A DNA stretch of 63,582 nucleotides, the filler included, from Octopus bimaculoides (Eukaryota): assembly GCF_001194135.2 (NCBI RefSeq). It is 4 parts of 4 records of this genome, joined end to end, with 100 filler letters (N's around TTAATTAATTAA, not from the genome) between each part and the next. Parts side by side here need not be neighbours in the genome. Positions count along the whole stretch, not along the records: positions 1 to 18,955 come from NC_068985.1; 3 more parts are not named here. One strand, given 5' to 3'. The notes under the pieces were generated by a model that searched no databases, was not told where the DNA came from, and saw nothing but the letters and a program-made list of their open reading frames with translations. The first letter of the stretch is position 1. Every line of letters begins with the position of its first letter. A program made the position numbers and the translations under genes. Shown here piece by piece: positions 1-13,500 of the stretch.

Positions 1-1683
1 ATATATATATATATATATACATATGTATGTATATATGTATGTATGAATGTATGCATGCATGTATATATATGCGCACACTCATCAGCAAGACTGGCACATA
101 CATTTGTATGCATCTGTATATAATTCTCATATGGCATTCGCATAAAATTTCCTCATTATTGTAATCTAATACATTTTAAAGAGAATTACAATGAGAAAAA
201 GAGGCAAATGTGAAATACAGGCGAGAATATAGTAACTATGAAATATAGTAATAGACGAAACATTTAATGTAGATATAACGATTGAAATCTCACGATTGAC
301 GTGTGCGCTGCAAATTCTTCTGATATATTACTCTCATCAAAAATGACGGACTAGTAAGTTATTAACCTCTTCAATGTGAATAAAGTTTCAAACATATGCA
401 TACAAGTATCACCTCCAAAATCAAAACTGCGTTTGTCAATGATTAATACTTGTTCTTCAATGATTTGGAAGGCGAGCAAGAATTTTTCATCTAATTTGGT
501 CTCGTTGTAACGCCATCAAATATGTTTAGATGTCAAGGTTTTAGACAATGTGCTGGTGTGAAAATAAAGTAGTAAATATAAATGTTCACATGTTACAAAA
601 CATGAATATTTCACCTGCCATTTCTATATAAAGAATTCCTAGAAATATAGCAAAGGTTTCAACAGTAAAATCTCAACAAAAATAATATAATGCATTTTAT
701 TACAATCAACAATGTAAATTTTTTTTTAAAAAGCGTTAATGACATCAAGTTCTGAATTTTTATTTCTCAATTTAATTGTTAACAATATACAAGGAAATAT
801 GTGATGACTTCTCAATTTATATTTCCCCCTTCATTTTATATTTCTGGTGTATTATTTTCAAAACTAATATTGGCTAACTCGTCATTCAAATAAACATGTT
901 TGAATTTATGTATTCTTGAAAGAAAGTGTATATGTATGTATGCATGCATTATGCATGACAACACGTGTACATGTGTATACGTACATACTTGTATATGAAG
1001 CATGCCCATATCGCCGCATATGCATTTGTATATACAAACCCAGCAGGCACAATACTTACGCATAAACCCATATGTGCACTCACACGCATGCATATCAACA
1101 CATACACATGAATAAGAATATATATATATACATATGTGTGTGTGCATGTGTCAGTGTGAGTGTGTGCGTGTTTGTGTATGTATGTATAATGTACAAACAT
1201 CTATGCATATATATATAGATATGAATGTTTTGTAAAATTGTGTTTGATTATTAGCTACAATCAAATAAAACAATAGAAACTTACAATCAACGAACAAATG
1301 TGTCCTTTCTTGATTTATGATTTTTTGTTGTTTTTTTTTTCTTTTAGATATCTACTTGATTTCTGATGTTTCTTTCGCATAGTAGGATATTTCAAACAAA
1401 GCTACATATAATGTTTCCAGAACGCTATTATATTCAGAAAATATAATTGCAATATTGTTTCTGTCACCAGCGAATATCTCAGAAATCGGAAGTAAAAACA
1501 CAGCTGCGTTTGCGTCTCAGAATATTAATTGTTGTCCTTTCTTATTATTAACATACTGTTGTTTCAAAGATCAATTCAAATTTATTGTAACGTACACACG
1601 TATGTACGGATGCACAGGCAAACACTGACTAGCAGACGAAAACGCGCACATGCATGCACGCACACACACACGGGAGCTACATA

Positions 1684-2775
1684 CACAGATATGACAGAAG
1701 TAAATAGACAACCCATGAAACATCGCTTTATGTTTATTCTAACATGTAAAGGTTTATATTTTATATTGCTTGACATTTTCCTGTTTTAGGTTTAATATGT
1801 GTCTGTTTAATCACGCCATACAGAAAAAGAGCCTTGGAACTATCTCAATTTCAAAGATGCCGTATTGTGGGTGATTCTGAAGGTAGTATTAGTCAACGTA
1901 AAATCGCAGAAATCCATGGGATCCTGCTTTTTCCAGTTAATAGCGTGACTAGAGTCCGCATAATTTCGCCCACATCAACCAGGGCCCTCTAGCAGGACCC
2001 TTCTTTTTGCTAGAAGTGTGGAGGATCATCCTAGTCGAAAAGCCTTTGATGTAGCAGAACAAGTTGATGTCAGTGCCAGAACAGCTGTCAGGTATCCTCA
2101 CAAACTTGAATATTATGGAAGAAGAGAAAGAATGAAGCCACTTCGTTGACCAGCCAACATCAAGTGGAGAAAATATTGGGCCAGTTAGATGGCGGAGAGG
2201 CCGCTAATACTTTAGGACAATGTCATATTCTCTGATGAGTTCAGATATACTTGACAGTGATCGGTAATCGGTATGGAAACTCTGTGACAAACAATTTGAA
2301 GCGGCAGTTATTCTGTGAAGGTCTGGGAAGAAATTTGGAGTAATGGTTGATCAGAACTGGTTGGATGTGAGTGAAACATAAGCTCAAATAAATATGTGTC
2401 CATATTGCAGAAAGGACTCCTTCCAATCCTCTCCAGCGTTGAAATGATTAAAGAGTTAAGATGACCCAAGATTTTTTGGATGAGAAAGGTAGTCACCAGG
2501 TAGAAACCCTTGGGACATTTCATTAAAAAAGAACAAGAAAGCTTCTTCAAAGCCAGAGCTTTTGAGATTACTGCATGAAACTTAGGAAACATTTCCGCAA
2601 GAGAATATTCGTCATATGATCAGTAACATGCACAATAGGGTCCTTGCATTGAATACTGCAAAAGCCGTATTAGATATTCACATTATAACAATTAATACAT
2701 AATTTGGATGTATAATTTCAGATTTAAATAAATTTTAATGATTATAAGCGTGTCTACTTCTGTCATGTCTGTGTG
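1684..2775 (+). mobile_element. Tc1-like DNA transposon, decayed and internally deleted, about 1.1 kb
   Basis: Imperfect terminal inverted repeats (CACAGATATGACAGAAGTA at 1684; reverse complement at about 2755-2775) with flanking TA. Broken transposase motifs ELSQFQRCRIVG (1837-1872), VIFSDEFR (2222-2245), and a C-terminal LLHET..PQENIRHMIS.M..RV segment. Multiple stops and frameshifts. Confidence 0.8.
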
Positions 2776-3247
2776 TATCTATATACGTATGCTTCTATGT
2801 ATGTATATATATATATGTATATACATGCAACCCATATTCTCTTTATTTCTTTTATCTCCTAAAATTATTTCTAGTAGGGGTTAACTGATTCCTAACGAAG
2901 AAATGAATGCTTATTAGATAATTGATATTTATGCTCTCCTGCACATTCGATATATATATAACGTATCAGCAACGTGACATTTAATATTTGTATTTCATTC
3001 CTTACTGGGATCATGTGACCATCGTCATGTGACCAGATGCATTCTTTTGTTTCGAGCTTTCTTCGTATTAATTTCCTAATAAATTATTTTCTTTCCCCCT
3101 TTCTTTCATTTGATAAAACATCTAAACCGAACGTGATATTCTCTTCCGTTCAGTCCTTTAGCATACTATGCCCAATTGTAGCCTCTCTCCTTTCTTACAT
3201 ATTCCCTTTATATTTCTACACTCACATACATACACACACACACACAC

Positions 3248-3296
<49 letters not shown>

Positions 3297-6200
3297 TGCA
3301 TGCACACGTTTCCTATTAATGCTATTCGTGGTTGCATAAGAATCCCATCCCAGCAGATGAAAGCGATTCGTATCCCTTTTCTACATTCATTAATTACACT
3401 TTATTTTCAAGTAAAAGAAATTCAGTTACCTCCATTTAACGTTCAAAGATTACTGATAAGGTTCTTTAACTATACTTCGGCTTGTAAATGTGTGTATTGG
3501 GAGTTAACTTTGCTTAGTCTAACACTTACGCACACGAGCATCTACACACATAAACACACACACACCCATAATCATACAAAAATACGCACACATATACAAA
3601 CATGAACTCCTTTCTTTCTCTGATACCCACTCCATTTATATTTACATTTTGTCTGTTGATACATGTTTCAATATCATACAATATCTATTTTAATTTATTT
3701 CAGATTTTCAGCAATTTTAGCTGCAGTTATTCACAATAATCATCCTGTTAAGCATTCCAAATAATTTAAAGGTAGCATTTCTTTTTCAACTGATTTGACC
3801 ATTTTTCGATAAGAAAAACTGAATCAGTCACCTAAGTTAGTTATACAAAACAAAAATGGTACCCATGATGGGTAGTATCTTATATTTGTATATATTTACT
3901 ATGCATGCATGTATGTATGTATGTATGTATGTATGTATGTATGTATGTATGTGTGTATGTATGTATGCATGTATGTATGTGTGTGTGCATGTATGTATGT
4001 ATGAATGTAGGCGTGTGCATGAATATATGTCTGCATGTATGTATGCGTCTATATATGCATGAATGTATGTCATTAGTAAGTTTTATTCCGAGATTTCTAG
4101 TCAGTTCAGACAGAGTCGCTTTCTAATCTAGATTCAAGGTTTCTAACCTAGATCCTTCATTGAAATTTGAACTACAGGCTATGTATGTTTATAAATGTGT
4201 AGTATTTCGAGTCAGTGCATGTGCACATTTTTATCTTTTGTTTATGTATGTATTATCATGCATATAGTTCCATGTTTTGCATGCGCACATACACTTAAAA
4301 AATGAATTCTAGAAAGTTTTACAGAATTTTTCAGTTCTGGTAATGGCTTGAATATGTAGTCTTCAAATCAGGTTTTCCCTTTCTGGTTTTGAGAATCTTA
4401 CTTTCTCAAAATTAATGCTCAGGCATTTCGCTACATATCTTGTGTCCTGATAATTACAGTTATAAACCTGAAGTTGTAATCTGAGTGGAGTAATTCTACA
4501 TTTCTCAATAGTTCAGAGTAGGTATTCTCTATTCGATAGTCTTGTGTATGTATGTATGTATGTATGTATGTATGTATGTTTGTATCTATGTATGTATGTA
4601 TGTATGTACGTGCAAGACATTGTAGATCTTTGGCTCGGCTAAAAATCACATTCGATCACAGCACCGTTAAGTTAAGCTTCATGCTATGGCCATACTGGAT
4701 AACGAGGGTGCAGCTATTATCATCATGTATGTATGTATGTACGTATGTATGTATGCATGTATGTATGTATGCGAAAAAAGTGTGACTTTTATGAGTTTTA
4801 TGCAAGGTATGACTGTTTTTCTCCAACTCCATAATTTTTATTTGTTTATCTCATGTTCACACGTATCAAATTCTGGTAGATGCAAGAACACAGAGGAATG
4901 CATTTTATACATGTGTACAGTTCATACATATTTGAGCTGTCCCAATGTCAACATAAAATTCATATGAATATTTGCTATAGTAACGTTAAAAGTAATGTCA
5001 AACAGACGATGGAAACCAAGCAGTAGATTTCTGTCGTCATTGTTTTTACACTCCCCACTTTATATTCTATTCGTTTGCAGAAACGGATTATGTTCTGAGA
5101 CTCTGGACGTCTATGTATTTGTAAACCTTGTTTGTTAACTCCCTTTTGAGCCTCACATTTATTTGTAAATATATTCTGTTGTTATAATTTGTACAAGTTG
5201 TGATTCTAGGGAATGGTACAAGTCAGTATCTGAAAGTTTTATTTCAATATGTTTGCTTACATGTCTATACTACACTCCTGTTTGTTTGAGTTATTGATAA
5301 CACATCATATGTATAGGAAAATATATCTTTCGTGACTATCTTTATGGGATGTATAGGTTATCTGGAGAATACAAGTAATATTGTATTATTAGCTTTTTTT
5401 TCATTTCTGACGTATATTTTTGTTTCGTGTTGATGTGTATGAGAATTTAATACACATTGTGGATATTGATTCGTAAAACAGAGTAATTAATAACCCGCGA
5501 GTTAGAAGGACAGTGTCACCGACAACTAAATATTCTCTGATTACATACGCACATATATACATAGCATCGTACAACACCTGCAGAGCGATATATTCAATAT
5601 ATAATTACGCGATTAATTTCGATTAAACCGTCTTACGAGATAATTCAATTCTCTTTATTTATCTATTACTAAAGATATTTCGAATTAAATTTCTAGTGAA
5701 TAAAATTGATTGGTTTGATATTTGTAAAAATTCTAAGTAAATTTTACAATGAAATTTTCCTTTCAGAAGAGATTATAAATATAATTATAATTCTATCTAT
5801 GTACACCTATGTAGGTATTTATCCTAAGACTTATTTATGTGTGTTTCTGCATGCGTATGTACACTTTATGTATATCTGGGTATGTGTATGTATATTTGGA
5901 AGCTATTCCACATTAACGTTCTACATTAGCATTAATGTAGGTGTGTATTTCCTTGCGTAAGCAAGATATAATATAGAGATTTATGGTGTTTTTGACAAAC
6001 GCAATTAGGTACAATTATATTAGAGCTGATTACGTGGAACCGTTACCTATTTCAATGCATTGCTCTACAAGTTCATTCGGTACTGTATATTTCTTTACAG
6101 CTATCTTGAATTGTGCTACTTTAATATCATCTTCGTAAGAATATGATCTTGCATGTCACACTAATAATTTTAAATGTAGATATCGTCAGAAAAAGTTTGG

Positions 6201-6346
6201 AACTAATAATGAAAACTTAGGAGGCACATGATATTTGTAAGAAAAACTAGACTGGTAAAAAAAGTTCGCAAATTTTGATTGTCTTCATGTTATATTTTTT
6301 ACTTGATAACATTTTTTTCCTGTTTGATTCCCTTTTTATTTTTCAG

Positions 6347-6391
6347 TGTAAAGAAAAAAATAAAGGTTCATGTGGTATATATGCCAGTAAG
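6347..6391 (+). other. Candidate orphan 45-nt exon (CKEKNKGSCGIYASK, phase 0 to 0)
   Basis: Long polypyrimidine tract ending tttcag, and donor AAG|GTGAGT. Open in frame 0. No homology recognised. Confidence 0.35.
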
Positions 6392-6844
6392 GTGAGTAAA
6401 CAAAACATAAGTGATATTGTGAAATACCTCGAAAATAAGAAACAGTAAATAAGATTCTTAATGTCATTGAAAAATCTAATAGGATAAATGTATCACATGC
6501 TATCATTATGATGTCTTATAGTAGCAATGTTACTTTATTTTCATGACTACCTCAAATAGCATTCTCATTTGCCTCTGCAGACATTGAATAAGTTTGCTTT
6601 CTATGTTCAAATTTAACCCTATTTTGGCATTAAAAGATACTAACGTATAGTAGCGACTCAACATCTGTTGTTTTCCTAGTAATTCCTATGATATATTAAC
6701 GTTATACAGATAGCAAATTTAGTGTTGAATGATGCTCTGTATGGATCAAAATTTTGAGAAGAGAATCACTAATTGCTTCAAATGTTCACACATGGCCAGC
6801 GGTTTCGGGCAGGGGCAAATTACATGGTCTTCCCTCAGTGTTAT

Positions 6845-7070
6845 CCAATTACATCGTCTTCCCACCAGTGTTATCCAAGGGAAAGGCAAAGGGGTCCATA
6901 CAGTTTGGCACCTGTGACGTCGCAACTCATTTCTACAGCTGAGTGAACAGGAGAAACATGAAATAAAGTGTCTTGCTTAAGAACACAACACGCAGCCCGG
7001 TCCGGGAATCGAACTCACATCCTCACGATCGCAAGCTCGACGCTCTAACCACTGATCCATGCGCCTTCAC
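6845..7070 (-). mobile_element. tRNA-derived SINE with CORE-like domain
   Basis: Minus strand shows an A-box-like TGGATCAGTGG, a B-box GTTCGATTCCC, then TGTGTTCTTAAGCAAGACACTTTATTTC (CORE-like). Related copies lie at 19450-19680, 29620-29835, 34490-34700, 36480-36780 and 60740-60915. Confidence 0.75.
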
Positions 7071-9959
7071 ACAATACTGGATTACAGTTTAGGGAATTAC
7101 AAAGAGTACTTTAACTGAAATGGTCCATATTAAATGTTTTATGTGATATACCTGTACTGACATGTATATATTTTTCTTTACCATGATTGTCCTTTTTATG
7201 AATAACAATCCAACATCCTATCACTTATTGTGTTTAAACATATTTATTTTCCTTACACATTAAATATTATTCAAATCATGAAACTATATATTTTTATTGG
7301 AGTTTAGTTCATTCGATGAAATCGACTTCAAATCGGGACCTACATCCATTTACCGACTCACTGTTATTGAACGCTAAGCTTAACCCGCTTAGATGTGAAC
7401 GCAGGATCTAAAGGAATAAGTATTTCCTACCATGCCACAATTTCTGCCTCTGCAATGAATTCCTTAGTTGTTTTTGTTTTGTTCTATTACCGTCTCACAA
7501 TTCTATATTATCACAGCCACAAACGTATATAACCGAAAATAATAAGAGCGACAATACACATCTTTTCTAAGATTTCGTATTTTCAACATGATCATTTACG
7601 ATGGTAGGTCTGGCATTTTCAAAAATGAAATATTTATGGTGAAATCACTAAAATTAGCCTGTCTTCGTAACATCAATATTGTTCTATAAATGAGCAGAAA
7701 TTTTCTGCATCGATGAATCTTATTAATGCTTCACTCTGTATCGTATTCCCTAATACAAAATAACACTTTACCAAATCTATCTATACAACTAAATGGGGTT
7801 ATTTGTGTTTGAATTAATAAACATTTTACAAGAAAAACAAACTACTTGATGTTAACAATGATCGTGTATTGCACTTCCCTACAGTTCAGATAAATGCTGA
7901 GAATTTTAGCTCGATACATTTATTCGATCATGGGTAAACTATTCTACTCAAATACTATTAACTTTATAAATGCAAAATGTAGAAATGTCTCAAAGCATTA
8001 TTGCTATTCAGATCGTGTATTGTGTAGCAACGCTAGAATAAACTCACAATTCCCTTGTACTAACTGGATGGAGATGACGTGTGTTGGAATGCCGCTAATG
8101 CATTATTTTACTGTTTTTCTTTTCTTTTATATTTCTGCTAAAACAACTTTCCACTTGAGAAATGGCCTTCTATGATTTACTTCCTAACTACGGTTACAGT
8201 TTCGTGTATAGATAAAGGAGCTTTTATTGTGTTTGTTGTTGTTGTTTTTACTTTTGTGGCTGCTGTTGCAACTGTTGTTTTTGTTATTACGGCAGGTTTC
8301 AACTTCAGTGAGAAAATTGTGTTTTGAAGAGCATGAAACGATAACTATTATATAACAGCAAGAATATAGTTAAATATCGATAGAAGAGATTGAAAGAAAC
8401 ATATTTAAAGTTTGCTTTAGTTTTAAGACGATTGCATTATATAAGTCAGCGGTGTGTTGGGAATTTAAGCAAAGATTGAGTTGAAGCCATGATACGGCAG
8501 CCATTTAAAGTGTTCATATATAAATGTGAAGAAGACTTGAAACCAGCTGGAAAATATTCTATGAATAGAAACAGTAACAAAACAAAAACTGAAAATGAGA
8601 TAAAACTGACTGCAGTAAATAGCCTTGTCCAGCTGAGATCTCTTCAAGTTTAAATCATATATTTTGTCTAGAAATACACAAAAATAATGACCTTTAAGAA
8701 ATATTAATGATATATTTTGCAAGCGTTTATTTCTTCCTGAATCGAGGCAATGATCAACACCACCCTTTAATAACTGCATTGTAGTTAAATTATATATCAT
8801 GCAATTGTTTTCACTAAACACTTGAAGCTAAGATAGGAGTCTAATATCTAATATATTACAGAATGAAATCTCTAAAATTATGCGTAAAATTTACGTTTTA
8901 TATCAAATTAAATGATTATAAGGGGGAATGATATTCAAATTTATTATTGAGTTCTTCAATTTATTTATAGCAATTATCAGTTTGATGGGTTTATAAACAC
9001 TTCATATATATTATATGTAACATAAATTTATTGAGATGACGCCCTGTAGTGATATTGATTACAAATGAAATAAAATCATGAGATACGTTGCGTGAGCATA
9101 ATTGTTTTAATAAAACTGGTGACGTCAGCCTTTTGAGCGAAACCACGATTTGATAGTTTCATTTCTTACCAACCTGATCAGATGGATAATGAATCATTTC
9201 ATAGGAATTACAAAGAGATATTGTGGTAATCCATGAAATAAAATGTTTCATACAGAAACAACATCCATTATCGTAAAGAAAGATAGGAAGATTTGAATTT
9301 AGCAAGGAATACGTCAGTAAGATAGAAAATAATGTATCAGTGAGCAATGAAATAACTGAATAACCTTTCACTCTATTACTGTCATAACTGAATCCAGTAA
9401 AGAACGAAATAAATCCATGACAAAAGACGAATTAAATCAAAAATAGAACCAGTTAACTAGATTCGTTCAACAATCAGGAGAAGCAAAATGAACGGAATAT
9501 AGAAGATAAATCAAGAAGGAAAATTCGAATATATATCAGAGGATAATTAAATATGGAAAATAAGCGTTTTAAGCTAACATATTAAATACTTTTGCAAAGT
9601 AATAGAGAGATAGTATATAAATATGATAGTGAATTAAATCTGCTGGGGTAATGCCGCAAATAGTCAATGACGTTTGTGCTAATTATATGAATAGTTTTGT
9701 GAAATAGGAAACGTCTAATACAGATTTCACTTCACATAGTTACCCATCAACTACATATACTGAAATAGTCTGTATGTATTTTACTATATTCTGTCTTAAG
9801 CTTTAAAATAGATTAATGTAATATAATTTATTTTGCTAACAGTAAGAAATAAGAATTTTTAATTTAAATTGTCCATTTTAAGACTTACATTTAATATAAA
9901 GTATGTATAAAGTTTTCAGTGTTAAATAGTTCTTCACTAAGTCTCTATTTTCATCTTTA

Positions 9960-10515
9960 ACAAAATATAAATTCAAAACTCAGCAATGACTCCGATCAAG
10001 CTTGCATCACCTACCGAAATTAATTGAAGAATTCACCGAATGTCTCCGCCTAGGCTGATCATTTTCATCCAAGAAGTGGCGAGACTTTTCGTGCAAATGT
10101 TGCTTTAATCACTCTTCATTGAACTCAACTGGACGGCCAGAAAAGAGTGCGTCTTTGAGGTCAACATTTCCATTTTTGAACTTGCCATACCAATCACGTG
10201 CGATGTTTTCAGGTATGGCACCCTCTCCATACACAGCACAAATGTCACGAGCAGCTTTTGCTGCTTTCGAACCTAGATAAAAAGCAAAAAGCAGGAGGTG
10301 TCAAAAATGCTCGTTTTTCTTAACTTGATATCCCATTTTAATGATCTGGAAATGAACAAAAATTTAATAAAATTAACTAAAAAGAAATAACAACATAGAT
10401 TCCAAAATGATTCTAAAATAGAATTCTCGAAAAATAGATTCCAAAATTTAAAAACTCAATGAATTCCAATATTAAAAAAAAACAAAACCGTGGATACTTA
10501 GTTGCCAACCCAATA
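9960..10515 (-). mobile_element. Mariner transposon remnant (5' TIR plus N-terminal helix-turn-helix of the transposase)
   Basis: TA+TTGGGTTGGCAACTAAG... TIR at 10483-10515. ATG at 10336 gives MGYQVKKNEHF*HLLLFAFYLGSKAAKAARDICAVYGEGAIPENIARDWYGKFKNGNVDLKDALFSGRPVEFNEE*, a typical mariner N-terminus with two stops. The catalytic domain is missing. Confidence 0.88.
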
Positions 10516-10589
10516 TGTCACGTTGGTTCAGCCATAGAAATCCATTGTGACATCACTGGAGCCCAGCTATACCGGTCTTTGCCTTCCCT

Positions 10590-10740
10590 TGGATATCATC
10601 GCTAGTGTAGGGAGGGGAAGCTGGCATGCATGGACGACTGCAAGTCGTCGAAAAATAACCTTACCCAGACTAGTGCTTGGAGAGGAATATTGTAGGGGAA
10701 ATTCCATGGTCATTCATAACCGAAGGGGGACTTTAATTCA
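10590..10740 (+). mobile_element. Probable SINE/LINE 3' fragment
   Basis: GC-richer island (gctggcatgcatggacgactgc...ccatggtcattcataaccgaagggg) resembling a dispersed cephalopod repeat tail. Recognised from recall only. Confidence 0.35.
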
Positions 10741-11998
10741 TAGTGATCAATTACTTGATTTATTCGTTTATTGGTTCACTGAGTGATTGACGGGAAAATA
10801 TATGTTCCGCGAAATATTCTACTGTGTGATAGGAACATAAATTTAAATCGACTCTCATGAAATATCCTCAAATATATACATCTGCATCTTCAATATCTTA
10901 TCATAGATTATTAATGGGCGTGATATTCTTATGAAATTTATTTTATTATTTAGTTTTTATGTACAAATATATGCGCAATGTCATATCAATATAACAGGAA
11001 AATATTGTTTCGTATATATGTTTTTCATTTGTGATAATACGTCTGAAAGACACGAACAACTAACATGAAATATGTGGGTGACAATGTAAACGCACGGAAT
11101 AATTTTCAAATAACATTTTTGTCATTCATTTAAAAATGTTAAGAACACAATAGGATTTCGAAATGGAAATTGTTTTTCAATTTCCTACCACTTATAATTA
11201 ATGATTTTGATAGATGCCTGCGTTTGTGTTTTTTATAACTGATATACAATGGATGATGTTATTTAGTCATATTTTATAGATACACATATACAAACGTATA
11301 ACTCTGTCTATCTGTGTATCTGTCTATCTCTGTGGCTAGAAGTATAGTGCTCTCTATTTACGTGAATGTGTGAATGGTCGAATTAGAATGCGATCGAGAG
11401 CGGCGTTGAAAGTAGTTTTAAATTAGCCTGCAATATATTGCAGACACAAGCTTTATCTTTCATAATTCTTTATTATTATAGCTGAGATTATTATTATTAT
11501 CATTATTATCATCATCATCATCAGTTTATTGTTATCCGTATCGTAGTAGTAGTTGCAGTAGTAGTATAATCGTACTCGTGGTGGCGCTGATGGCCGTACG
11601 TTTAATGTATCTGTGTATGTAGGTGTCTGGGGGACGTGTCGGGGAAGGCGGTAGTTGTAACATCAGCATTAATGTTAATATTTATATTATTAATATTATT
11701 ATATATATTTTTTTTTTGCTCAGAACAATTAAGTTAGACAGAAATATGCGATCAAAGAAAGTTTATGGCTTCAAAATTAGTCAGACATGAAACAAAAATA
11801 GCCTCTTTATATTTCCGAGAAAATGATAATGGCGAGCGGCATATACGGGGGAAAAAATCCAAGTAAATACAAATAAAAGACATATGAAGAAAATTACTTT
11901 AGAAAGAAAGCAACATAAAAGATAGATCAGAAGAACGCAATTGCTTGAACCGTTTGAATCTATACTATGCACATACGCACAAATACACGCACACGTGA

Positions 11999-12049
<51 letters not shown>

Positions 12050-12675
12050 CAAAAGAATACGCGCAATAACCAGCTCGCACGGGCGCATACACGGGCGTTC
12101 TCAATATTAAAAAAAAACTTTCACACATAGATGTAGCAACATATTTGTCTTTACATCTGTTTCTTCTTCNNNNNNNNNNNNNNNNNNNNNNNNNNNNNNN
12201 NNNNNNNNNNNNNNNNNNNNNNNNNNNNNNNNNNNNNNNNNNNNNNNNNNNNNNNNNNNNNNNNNNNNNNNNNNNNNNNNNNNNNNNNNNNNNNNNNNNN
12301 NNNNNNNNNNNNNNNNNNNNNNNNNNNNNNNNNNNNNNNNNNNNNNNNNNNNNNNNNNNNNNNNNNNNNNNNNNNNNNNNNNNNNNNNNNNNNNNNNNNN
12401 NNNNNNNNNNNNNNNNNNNNNNNNNNNNNNNNNNNNNNNNNNNNNNNNNNNNNNNNNNNNNNNNNNNNNNNNNNNNNNNNNNNNNNNNNNNNNNNNNNNN
12501 NNNNNNNNNNNNNNNNNNNNNNNNNNNNNNNNNNNNNNNNNNNNNNNNNNNNNNNNNNNNNNNNNNNNNNNNNNNNNNNNNNNNNNNNNNNNNNNNNNNN
12601 NNNNNNNNNNNNNNNNNNNNNNNNNNNNNNNNNNNNNNNNNNNNNNNNNNNNNNNNNNNNNNNNNNNNNNNNNNN

Positions 12676-12706
<31 letters not shown>

Positions 12707-13019
12707 TGGGAGAATTTACGAAAAAAATAACAACAAACGAGGACAGGTGGTGTAAACAACAAAAGGATGTATTAGTTTAACGCTCTTCAACTGAAAGGAA
12801 CACATAAAGAAATAAGGAAATACTTGGAAATAGATGCGTAGCGTTTAATTAAGTACGGTGCCTAATGTACCATATCATTTATAAGTCTACATCCTAAGCA
12901 ATAGAATACCTAATATCTGTGATAATTCAAATTATGTAATTTAATATACTATTTTATAATGACCTTCTTTAGCATCATATTGCACTCGGCACAGACATTC
13001 ATTTCTGGTTGTATATTTC

Positions 13020-13500
13020 TCTTCTAGTTGCTCACAGAATGCGCTCCTTTTTACAGCCAACACAACGGTTTGAAATCTAACTTAGCCAGAGCATGTGAGG
13101 TAAAACTTTTTGCCGATCGTGCTGGAGTGCCCAATATACATGTCAGTAGACCTACTTCATTGGCATCGAAATTTCGAAATATTATATCATTCTCACTATA
13201 TCACATATTTTCTCTCTACACTTTTTTTATTGTTGCCGCGAAATCAATACCAGTTGATGGATATAGTGATATTACATCCATGCTACCTATAATGAAATCT
13301 TTGAGATCAAAAGAGTTGTTGCAGTCATTGATTCCGCTGGGAGTTCTTAAGTGTAATGACAGACGTCTGTCGACAATTCTAATATCGTTGATCGAAAATA
13401 TGATAGTGTGTTGTTGCTGAAGAAGAAATATTCAGAATTTTTGTCGCGCTATTGTGTTTCTATATCACATGTAGATAGTCTACGGATGTTTACTTCTTTT
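13020..13500 (-). mobile_element. Penelope-like retroelement reverse transcriptase fragment, decayed
   Basis: Minus-strand FIIGSMDVISLYPSTGIDFAA (core at 13255-13287) matches the Penelope-type S.DV.SLY.SI RT motif. Flanking frames are interrupted. Confidence 0.55.

Noticed and set aside
6990-7070. tRNA genes at A/B-box sites
   Set aside because: The boxes continue into SINE bodies and no cloverleaf can be formed.
7509-7520. TATCACAGCCA match to the miR-2 family 5' end (also a miR-1-like GGAATGTAAA near 48424)
   Set aside because: Only a 10-11-nt match, the rest of the mature sequence differs, and there is no precursor hairpin.
9159-9371. Hydrophobic minus-strand ORF resembling a GPCR transmembrane segment
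   Set aside because: Short, AT-rich, non-ATG start, and no diagnostic motifs.
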